NCBI GenBank assembly: GCA_027923505.1
Contig: BROI01000021.1
Location: 248,001-312,000, forward strand
DNA length: 64,000 nt
Source of the DNA: Mayamaea pseudoterrestris
Lineage: Eukaryota
Direction of reading: 5' to 3'
Below, piece after piece: positions 1 to 10,149 of this stretch; position 1 is the stretch's first letter; each line of letters opens with the position of its first letter. The notes under the pieces were generated by a model that was not told the DNA's origin, ran no database searches, and saw nothing but the letters and a program-made list of their open reading frames with translations. The translations under genes and the position numbers were made by a program.

Positions 1-483
1 AAGCAATGTTAAAGGTTGCGTTGGATGCGAAGTATTCCGTGTCAAAAATGTCTTGCACAAAGCCAATAGCTCGGACAAGTTTCCCCGGCAGCAGACAAGA
101 ACCGGGAATGATAGATTCACTGCCAGTCATCAACGGCTCACCGAGAAGACTTCGATCAAGCCATGGAATCGAGTCCTTTCACAGTACGAAAGAGCAGGTA
201 GACGGAGTCAGACAGACACCAAAATGTCACTCAGTCAATGATGACAAGCAAAGATTGACGGACGCAATCGGAACATCAAGCTCGTACATAGTATACAGCA
301 ATCAGCAATCCAAGCGGTTTCACTGTCAACCTCTCGCGCAGCACATACTTTTTCATTCGCAAGTTGTTCCCAATCAGTCTTTGTGACGAACATTCCAGAT
401 TCCAGTTTATTCAGCCAGTCACCCTGATCATCAAGACTATTCACTGGAGTAACAATGGGGCCGTTCATGGTCCTTGTCGCCAT
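1..483 (-). CDS. 5' part of a probable MCM complex-binding protein (MCM-BP) homologue, running off the window's left end
   Basis: Exon 1 is 483..349 (45 codons), followed by a GTATG...AAAG intron (348..176). Exon 2 is open to the window edge and reads DSIPWLDRS...LPGKLVRAIGFVQDIFDTEYF, resembling the MCM-BP N-terminal motif (VKFRCMIQDMFDPEFY in animals). Confidence 0.6.
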
Positions 484-623
484 GGTGCAGGACGCAGCTC
501 AGATGCAGGATGCCGCAGCGCTAGCACACGTTGCATTGCATTGCCGAAACGCTCTGCAGTATACATACCGTTCCGACGGGCATCAATCAACGGTGCGACA
601 CATGAATGGATGAGTCATTGTAA

Positions 624-1988
624 ATGACCAGCCGTTTTCAATGTCTTCGCTGCTCATCGACTGCCGATCACCATGATGTATGTGGCAGCTATGGCAGTGA
701 TGGCCTCTTCGGCTTCTTGGACTTGCAATGGAATAACTATACTCACAGTCAGTACTGGATTGACAACCCAAGCAGCGTCATGGTTGCGTCTTTATCGTCT
801 TTGACTGTGAGAGCAGTCTGCATGGTGCTGCTTCCGATACTTGGACTGTTAGTGACGTTCAACATTGAAATCATGCAAAACATTCAGACTCGCTTGACTG
901 TGAACAAAACAAATCAATCGAATTATTATCTGCATTACATCGATCATAACCGAGAGCAACCGCGACCTCGTCATTTACGACTTGTCTTTATGGGTGACAG
1001 CATGACGCGTTACCAATACCTTAGCCTTGCGTACTTTTTGTCCACTGGAATCTGGTTCGAATATGGCGACGACAACGACGAGGATGAAGAGGATCTGCGG
1101 AACAAATCAACAAAAGCTCCACAAAGCTTGAGTGATTCCCGTCGTCGCAACTTCAACCTGATGCAGGCCCACTCTTTTCACAATCCGCTCAAGCCGCACG
1201 ATGATTGGAACGAATTCTTTCGACACTCCAACCAAATGCTTGCACCAAATGAAATCTGCGATTGCGAGCGCAGCGCTGATTACTCTATTGCTGTGGAACG
1301 AAGATACTTTTGGGAGAAGACACTCGACAATAAGCTTGTATACATCAACTTGAACGGCCACGAAGGGACGTCGAACCGTACTGGTTTTTACGGGCGGATG
1401 GATGCGCGTCGAGTCTTCCATGACCTATTCGACGACCAGTTCAAACTGACAAGCGGTTTCGCCTCCAACATTACAGATAGCGCCATAAAGGAGTTGCAGT
1501 GGACCAACATCAAGTCACTAATAAAACAACAATCATTGAAATGGGAGGCATTCTCATGGGGTCAAGTTTTGCAAAGGCATGTAGCAGCTCTGGGCCTTGA
1601 TGATCTTGGTTCCGTTCCAGTTGTTTTCAATGCTGGCCTTCATAAACACAACTTTCCTGATGCAGCAGAAGACCTAATACAGGCACTTAATCAAACAAAC
1701 ATGCATGGTGTATGGAAAACTACAACTTACACCAAGGGCCAATTACTCAAGTCCTCCTCTTTGTCGATTCTTCCTTGCGATGTCACCATGTGCGCCTTGC
1801 TGCCTCGCTGTTTAAACGTGTCCTGGACTTCACTTATAAATCCAGACTTGTATAGCGATCGGCTACATTTTCATGAACCGGTGTATCGAGTCATGAACGA
1901 GGAACTTTTGAATATACTTGGCGTACTACCGAAAACATACCATACGTTGAAGCTTGTCATGGGGCGGCTAGGGGCAATAAAAACATGA
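624..1988 (+). CDS. SGNH/GDSL-fold hydrolase or acyltransferase (PC-esterase/TBL-like), type II membrane protein
   Basis: 454-aa ORF with an N-terminal hydrophobic helix, catalytic block LVFMGDSMTRYQY, VFNAGLH and a C-terminal DxxH (DRLH). The real start may be ATG 780 or 822. Confidence 0.75.
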   Translation: MTSRFQCLRCSSTADHHDVCGSYGSDGLFGFLDLQWNNYTHSQYWIDNPSSVMVASLSSLTVRAVCMVLLPILGLLVTFNIEIMQNIQTRLTVNKTNQSNYYLHYIDHNREQPRPRHLRLVFMGDSMTRYQYLSLAYFLSTGIWFEYGDDNDEDEEDLRNKSTKAPQSLSDSRRRNFNLMQAHSFHNPLKPHDDWNEFFRHSNQMLAPNEICDCERSADYSIAVERRYFWEKTLDNKLVYINLNGHEGTSNRTGFYGRMDARRVFHDLFDDQFKLTSGFASNITDSAIKELQWTNIKSLIKQQSLKWEAFSWGQVLQRHVAALGLDDLGSVPVVFNAGLHKHNFPDAAEDLIQALNQTNMHGVWKTTTYTKGQLLKSSSLSILPCDVTMCALLPRCLNVSWTSLINPDLYSDRLHFHEPVYRVMNEELLNILGVLPKTYHTLKLVMGRLGAIKT

Positions 1989-2114
1989 CAACAGTTAATT
2001 TGTTTTATCTTCTTTATGAGTCTGTTGCCACCCATTTAGCTAGGTAGACAGCAGACTCCAGCTGGTGATTAGCAAGCATTTTCAATTTGCCACACAACGG
2101 TATACCAGTGCTCG

Positions 2115-2545
2115 AGTGGCACCTTCTAGACAGATGACCCTTCAAGCTGCGCTCAAAAGGTATTTCCTTCTTGCCATCACTTAGCTACGTGGATGCCATG
2201 GAGGGATTTCACCACACCAGTTCAAACATATGTGACAAGGGTTTGGCCATGCAAGTGCTTATAGGATCAGTGACACCTTCTAGACAGATGACCCTTTTAG
2301 CAGCACTCAGAAGGTATTTCCTTCTTGCAGTCACTGAGCTATAGTGGTCGGAGGCCACACTTTAGCACCATGATGGCCATGATCTCCCATATATTTCAGG
2401 TTATAGGCAAGCTACAAATGCAAAAGCTGCACCAATCTTATCACAAACTAGCCCTTATGCATAGCCAGCCAAAAATTTACGGAAATGGAATTCAGGGAAT
2501 AGTGGTTGGAGGCCACACTTTAACAACATGAGGACCATGTCACTC
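2115..2545. repeat. Degenerate ~155-158 bp tandem repeat relic on the left flank of the satellite complex
   Basis: caccttctagacagatgaccctt...aggtatttccttcttgc occurs at ~2120 and ~2275. gtggtYggaggccacacttta occurs at ~2344 and ~2502. Confidence 0.75.
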
Positions 2546-2596
2546 ATTGGACATCTGCCCTCCTACATATTCCAGGCAGCTGGTAAGCTTTTAATC

Positions 2597-4372
2597 ATAC
2601 CACTACAATGCCCCGTGCCCTGGCCACCCAACAACCCAATGAGTCAGGCAAAACATGTCCAGAGTGTGCCATTGACATGAGGACGGTCTGACATGGTGCA
2701 AAACGGACTGCCTGGAGGCCTACACTATGGAATGGTCTGCAGGCTGGGGGTGGCCAACACCCCAAATTATGGAATTATACCACTACAATGCCCCGTGCCC
2801 TGGCCACCCAACAACCCAATGAGTCAGGCATAACATGTCCAGGGTGTGCCATTGACATGATGATGGTTGAAAATGGTGCAAAGGGACTTCTGGGAGGCCT
2901 ACACCATGGAATGGTCTGCAGGATGGGTGGCCAACACCCCAAATAATGGAATCACACCACAACAATGCCCCGTGCCCTAGCCACCCAACAACCCAATGAG
3001 TCAGGCAAAACATGTCCAGGGTGTGCCATTGACATGAGGATGGTTTGGAGTGGTGCAAAACAGACTGCCTGGAGGCCTACACCATGGAATGGTCTGCAGA
3101 CTGGGGGTGGCCAACACCCCAAATTATGGAATCATACCACTACAATGCCCCGTGCCCTGGCCCCCCAACAACCCAATGAGTCAGGCAAAACATGTCCAGG
3201 GTGTGCCATTGTCATGAGGATGGTCTGAAATGGTGCAAAACGGACTGCCTGGAGGCCTACCCCATGGAATGGTCTGCAGGATGGGGGTGGCCAACACCCC
3301 TAATTATGGAATCATACCACTACAATGCCCCGTGCCCTGGCCCCCAACAACCCAATGAGTCAGGCAAAACATGTCCAGGGTGTGCCATTGACATGATGAT
3401 GGTTGAAAATGGTGCAAAATGGACTGCCAGGAGGCCTACACCATGGAATGGTCTGCAGGATGGGTGGCCAACACCCCAAATAATGGAATCACACCACAAC
3501 AATGCCCCGTGCCCTAGCCACCCAACAACCCAATGAGTCAGGCAAAACATGTCCAGGGTGTGCCATTGACATGAGGATGGTTTGGAGTGGTGCAAAACAG
3601 ACTGCCTGGAGGCCTACACCATGGAATGGTCTGCAGACTGGGGGTGGCCAACACCCCAAATTATGGAATCATACCACTACAATGCCCCGTGCCCTGGCCA
3701 CCCAACAACCCAATGAGTCAGGCAAAACATGTCCAGGGTGTGCCATTGTCATGAGGATGGTCTGAAATGGTGCAAAACGGACTGCCTGGAGGCCTACCCC
3801 GTGGAATGGTCTGCAGGATGGGGGTGGCCAACACCCCAAATTATGGAATCATACCACTACAATGCCCCGTGCCCTGGCCACCCAACAGCCCAATGAGTCA
3901 GGCAAAACATGTCCAGGGTGTGCCATTGACATGAGGATGGTCTGACATGGTGCACAACGGACTGCCGGGAGGCCTACACCACGGAATGGTCTGCAGACTG
4001 GGGGTGGCCAACACCCCAAATTATGGAATCATACCACTACAATGCCCCGTGCCCTGGCCCCCCAACAACCCAATGAGTCAGGCAAAACATGTCCAGGGTG
4101 TGCCATTGACATGAGGATGGTCTGACATGGTGCAAAACGGACTGCCGGGAGGCCTACACCATGGAATGGTCTGCAGGCTGGGTGTGGCCAACACCCCAAA
4201 TTATGGAATCATACAACTACAATGCCCCATGCCCCGATCACCCAACAACCCAATGAGTCAGGCAAAACATGTCCAGGGTGTGCCATTGACATGAGAATGG
4301 TCTAACATGGTGCAAAACGGACTGCCGGGAGGCCTTCACCACGGAATGGTCTGCAAGATGGGTGTGGCCAAC
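2597..4372. repeat. Satellite family A, 180-bp monomer, ~10 copies
   Basis: Lines 3661, 3841, 4021 and 4201 all begin ttatggaatc atac, giving an exact 180-bp period. The monomer is ...aatgccccgtgccctggccacccaacaacccaatgagtcaggcaaaacatgtccagggtgtgccattgac... Confidence 0.97.
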
Positions 4373-4591
4373 ATAACACCGTTGACGATTTCGCAGTCAA
4401 CGTCTTACCTCCAAAAAGCTCCGATACAGGGTCCTTGGCCACGGTCTGTACAGCTCTTGATGGAGATGGCTCGTCGCATTCTTGTCCTTCACAATCGCAT
4501 ACGATGTATCGCCGCGCCAAAACAATACTGGCTTGAGCAATGGCATCGCATCACAGTACGGCCAGGTACTTTGTCGTCCGCAAGTTCTCCT

Positions 4592-7500
4592 CCAACACCA
4601 CAAGTTGCTTCTTCCCTGTCCCCATGCCTGGCCACCCAAATACCCAATGAGTCCAGGCAAAACATGTAGAGGTATGCCATTGACAGGTATAGTCTCAAAT
4701 GGTGCAAAAAGGACTGCTGAGCTGACACCATAGTGCGGCCTCCACTGTGGGTGGCCAACACCTGAAGTTGCAGATTCTTCCCTGCTCCAACCGCTTCCCT
4801 GCCTGGCCCCCCCAAATCAGGGCGTGGGTTGCCATTTGACAGGTCTGCATAGTCTCAAATGGTGCAAAAGGACCGCCTGGAGAGGCTGACAACATGGAGT
4901 ACGGCCTCCGGGGTATGGCCAACACCACAAGTTGCAGATTCTAATCCAAACGCCCCATGCCCTGGCCACCCAAATACCCAATGAGTCAGGCAAAACATGT
5001 CAGGGATGCCATTGACAGTGCAGAGTCTCAAATGGTGCAAAGGACTGCCTGTAGGCTGACACTATGGGTATGGCCTCCACTGGGGGTATGGCCAACACCG
5101 CAAGTTGCAGATTCTTCCGTGTCAAACACCCCATGCCCAGGCCACCCAAATACCCAATGAGTCAGGCAAAACATGTCCAGGGTATGCAACACCACAAGTT
5201 GCAGATTCTTCCCTGTCCAAGCGCCCCCATGCCCTGGCCACCCAAATACCCAATGAGTCAGGCAAAACATGTCCAGGGTATGCCATTGACAGGTGCATAG
5301 TCTCAGATCTGTAGGGACTGCCTGGAGGCTGACAACATGGGTACAGCCTCCACTGTGGGTATGGCCAACACCACAAGTTGCCCAGATTCATCCCTGTCAA
5401 AAACGCCCCATGCCTATTTTTTAACCCAAGAGTCCAGGCAAAACATGTCCAGGATGCCATTGACAGGTGCAGAGTCTCAAATGGTGCAAAAGGACTGCCT
5501 GGAGGCTGAAAACATGGAATGCGGCCTCCACTGTGGGTGTGGCCAACTTCACCACAAGTTNCAGATTCTTCCATGTCAAGCGCCCCATGCCCTGGCCACC
5601 CAAATACCCAATGAGTCAGGCAAAACATGTCAGGGTATGCCATTGACAGGTGCATAGTCTCAAATGGTGCAAAAGGACTGCCTGGAGGCTGACACCATGT
5701 CGGCCTCCACTGTGGCATAGCCAACACCACAAGTTGCAGATTCTTCTCTGTCAAACGCCCCATGCCCTGGCCACCCAAATACCCAATGAGTCAGGCAAAA
5801 CATGTCCAGGGTATGCCATTGACAGGTGCATAGTCTCAAATGGTGAAAAAAAAGCCTGCCTGGAGGCTGACACCATGGTGACGGCCTCCACTGTGGAGTA
5901 TGGCCAACACCACAAGTTGCAGGTCTTCCTGTCAAGCCTGACCCCATGCCCTGGCCACCCAAATACCCAATGAGTCAGGCAAAAGTATGTCAGGGTATGC
6001 CATTGACAGGTGCATAGTCTCAAATGGTGCAAAAGGACTGCCTGGAGGCTGACAACATGGGTCTGACACTCCACTGTGGAGTGGCCAGCATACAAGTTGC
6101 AGATTCATCTGTCAAGCGCCCTGCCCTGGCCACCCAAATACCCAATGAGTCAATTAAAACATGTAGGTGATGCCATTGACAGGTGCAGAGTCTCAAATGG
6201 TGCAAAAAGGACTGCCTGGAGGCTGACAACATGGGTACCGCCTCCTCTGTGGGTATGGCCAACACCACAAGTTGCAGATTCTTCCCTGTCCGCCCCCATG
6301 CCCTGGCCACCCAAATGCCAATGAGTCCAGGCAAAACATGTAGGGTATGCCATTGACAGGTGCATAGTTTACAAATGGTGCAAAAAGGACTGCCTGGAGG
6401 CTGACACCATGGGTACGGCCTCCACCAATGGAGCGGACCAACACCACAAGTTGCAGATTCATCCCTGTCAAACGCCCCATGCCCTGGCCACCCAAATACC
6501 CAATGAGTCAGGCAAAACATGTCAAGGGTAGGCCATTGACAGGTGCATAGTCTCAAATGGTGCAAAAAGGACTGCCTGGAGGCTGACAACATGGGTACGG
6601 CCTACTGTGGGTATGGCCAGCACCACAAGTTGCAGATTCTTCTGTCCAAACGCCCCATGCCTGGCCACCCAAATACCCAATGAGTCAGGCAAAACATGTA
6701 GGAGTTATGCCATTGACAGGTGCATAGTCTCAGAAATGGTGCAAGGACTGCCTGGAGGCTGACACCATGGATGCGGCCTACTGGGTATGGCCAACACCTG
6801 AAGTTGCAGATTCTTCCCTGTCAAACGCCCCATGCCCTGGCCACCCAAATACCCAATGAGTCAGGCAAAACATGTCAGGGTATGCCATTGACAGGTGCAT
6901 AGTCTCAAATGGTGCAAAAAGGACTGCCTGGAGGCTGACAACATGTCACGGCCTCCACTGTGGGTATGGCCAACACCACAAGTTGCAGATTCATCTGTCA
7001 AATGCCCCTTCTGGCCACCCAAATACCCAATGATTCAGGCAGAACATGTCCAGGGGATGCCTTTGACAGGTGCATAGTCTCAAATGGTGCAAAGGACTGC
7101 CTGGAGGCTGACAACATGGTACGGCCTCCACTGTGGGTATAAAACACCACAAGTTGCAGATTCTTCTGTCAAACGCCCTGCCTGGCCGCCCAAATACCCA
7201 ATGAGTCAGGCAAAACATGTCCAGGGGATGCCATTGACAGGTGCATAGTCTCAAATGGTGCAAAAAGGACTGCCTGGGGCTGACACCATGGAGTACACTC
7301 CACTGTGGGCGTATTACAAGTTGCAGATTCTTCCCTGTCAAACACCCATGCCCTGGCCACCCAAATACCCAATGAGTCAGGCAAAACATGTCCAGGGTAT
7401 GCCATTGACAGGTGCATAGTCTCAAATGGTGCAAGGACTGCCTGGAGGCTGACAACATGGAGTACGGCCTCCACTGTGGGTATGGCCCAGCACCACAAGT

Positions 7501-10130
7501 TGCAGCTTCATCTGTCAAACGCCCCATGCCCTGGCCACCCAAATACCCAATGAGTCAGGCAAAACATGTAGGTGCCATTGACAGGTGCAGAGTCTCAAAT
7601 GGTGCAAGACTGCCTGGAGGCTGACAACATGGGTACACCGCCTCCTCTGTGGGTATAGCCAGCACCACAAGTTGCAGATTCTTCTCTGTCAAACGCCCCA
7701 TGCCCTGGCCACCCAAATACCCAATGAGTCAGGCAAAACATGTCAGGGGATGCCATTGACAGATTGCATAGTCTCAAATGGTGCAAAAAGGACTGCCTGG
7801 AGGCTGACACCATGGAGTACGGCCTCCACTGTGGAATATCCAACACCACAAGTTGCAGATTCTTCTGTCAAGCCCCATGCCTAATCCAAACCAAGAGTCA
7901 GGCAAAACATGTCAAGGGTAGGCCATTGACAGGTGCATAGTCTCAAATGGTGCAAGGACTGCCTGGAGGCTGACAACATGGAGTACGGCCTCCACTGTGG
8001 GTATGGCCAACCCCACAAGTTGCAGATTCTTCTGTCAAACGCCCCATGCCCTGGCCACCCAAAATACCCAATGAGTCAGGCAAAACATGTCCGGGTATGC
8101 CATTGACAGGTGCATAGTCTCAAATGGGACTGCCTGGAGGCTGACACCATGGTACGGCCTCCACTGTGAGTATGGCCAACACCACAAGTTGCAGATTCTT
8201 CCGCCCATGCCCTGGCCACCCAAATACCCAATGAGTCAGGCAAAACATGTCCAGGGTATGCCATTGACAGGTGCATAGTCTCAAATGGTGCAAAGGACTG
8301 CCCAGAGGCTGACAACATGGAGTACGGCCTCCACTGTGGGTATGGCCAACACCACAGGTGCAGATTCATCCCTGTCAAATGCCCCATGCCCTGGCCACCC
8401 AAATACCCAATGAGTCAGGCATAACATGTCCAGGGTATGCCATTGACAGATGCAGAGTCTCAAATGGTGCAAAAAGGACTGCCTGGAGGCTGACAACATG
8501 AATACGGCCTCCACTGTGGGTATGGCCAACACCACAAGTTGCAGATTCTTCTCTGTCAAACGCCCCATGCCCTGGCCACCCAAATACCCAATGAGTCAGG
8601 CAAAACATGTCCAGGGATGCCATTGACAGGTGCATAGTCTCAAATGGTGCAAAAGGACTGCCTGGAGGCTGACAACATGGGTACGGCCTCCACTGTGGGT
8701 ATGGCCAACACCACAAATTGCAGATTCATCCCTGTCAAACGCCCCATGCCCTGGCCACCCAAATACAATGAGTCCAGGCAAAACATGTCCAGGATGCCAT
8801 TGACAGTGCAAGTCTCAATCTGGAAAGGACTGCCTGGTGACAACATGGAGTACGGCCTCCACTGTGGGTATGTCCAACACCACAAGTTGCATATTCTTCC
8901 TGTCAAGCGCCCCATGCCCTGGCCACTTAAATACCAATGAGTCAGGCAAAACATGTCAGGGGATGCCATTGACAGGTGCAGAGTCTCTCAAATGGTGCAA
9001 GGACTGCCCTGGAGGCTGACAACATGGGTGCCGGCCTCCACTGTGGGTATGGCCAACACCACAAGTTGCAGATTCTTCCCTCAAGCGCCCCATGCCCACA
9101 ATCCAAAACCCATGAGTCAGGCAAAACATGTCCAGGGTAAGCCATTGACAGGTGCATAGTCTCAAATGGTGCAAAAGGACTGCCTGGAAGGCTAACACCA
9201 TAGATGCCGGCCTCCACTGTGTGGGTATAGCCAACACCACAGAGAAGTGCAGATTCTTCTGTCAAGCGCCCCATGCCCTGGCCACCCAAATACCCAAGGC
9301 AAAACATGTCCAGGGGATGCCATTGACAGGTGCATAGTCTCAAATAGTTGCAAGGACTGCCTGGAGGCTGACAACATAGATACGGCCTCCCACTGTGGTA
9401 TGGCCAGCACCACAAGTTGCCAGATTCTTCCCTGTCAAACGCCCCATGCCCTGGCCACCCAAATACCCAATGAGTCATACCAAAACATGTCCAGGGTAGG
9501 CCATTGACAGGTGCATAGTCTCAAATGGTGCAAGGACTGCCTGGAGGCTGACAACATGGTACGGCCTCCACTGTGGGTACCATAGCCAACACCACAAGTT
9601 GCAGATTCTTCCCTGTCAAACCCCCATGCCCTGGCCACCCAAATACCCAATGAGTCAGGCAAACATGTCCAGGGTAGGCCATTGACAGGTGCATAGTCTC
9701 AAATGGTGCAAAGGACTGCCTGGAGGCTAACACCATGGGGTACGGCCTCCACTGTGGGTATGGCCAGCACCACAAGTTGCAGATTCTTCCCTGTCAAACG
9801 CCTTATGCCCTGGCCACCCAAATACCCAATGAGTCAGGCAAAACATGTCAGGGTGCCATTGACAGATGCATAGTCTCGAATGGTGCGAAAAGGCCGGCCT
9901 GGAGGCTGACAACATGGGTACGGCCCCCACTGTGGGTATGGCCAACACCACAAGTTGCAGATTCTTCCCTGTCAAACGCCCCATGTCTGGCCACCCAAAT
10001 ACCCAATGAGTCATACCAAGAACATGTCCAGGGTAGGCCATTGACAGGTGCATAGTCTCAAATGGTGCAAAAAGGACTGCCTGGAGGCTGACAACATGGT
10101 TCGGCCTCCACTGTGGTATGGCCAACACTA
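4592..10130. repeat. Satellite family A', ~180-bp monomer related to A, ~31 indel-rich copies
   Basis: Consensus caaatacccaatgagtcaggcaaaacatgtccagggtatgccattgacaggtgcatagtctcaaatggtgcaaaaaggactgcctggaggctgacaacatgg...gttgcagattcttccctgtcaaacgccccatgccctggccacc. The period is 181 bp between 8401 and 8582. Confidence 0.95.
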
Positions 10131-10149
10131 CAGCAAGTCCTGTAGGTGC

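Noticed and set aside
2597..10130. ORFs in satellites A and A' as coding sequence
   Set aside because: They are short overlapping ORFs on both strands with constant frameshifts and no recognisable domain.
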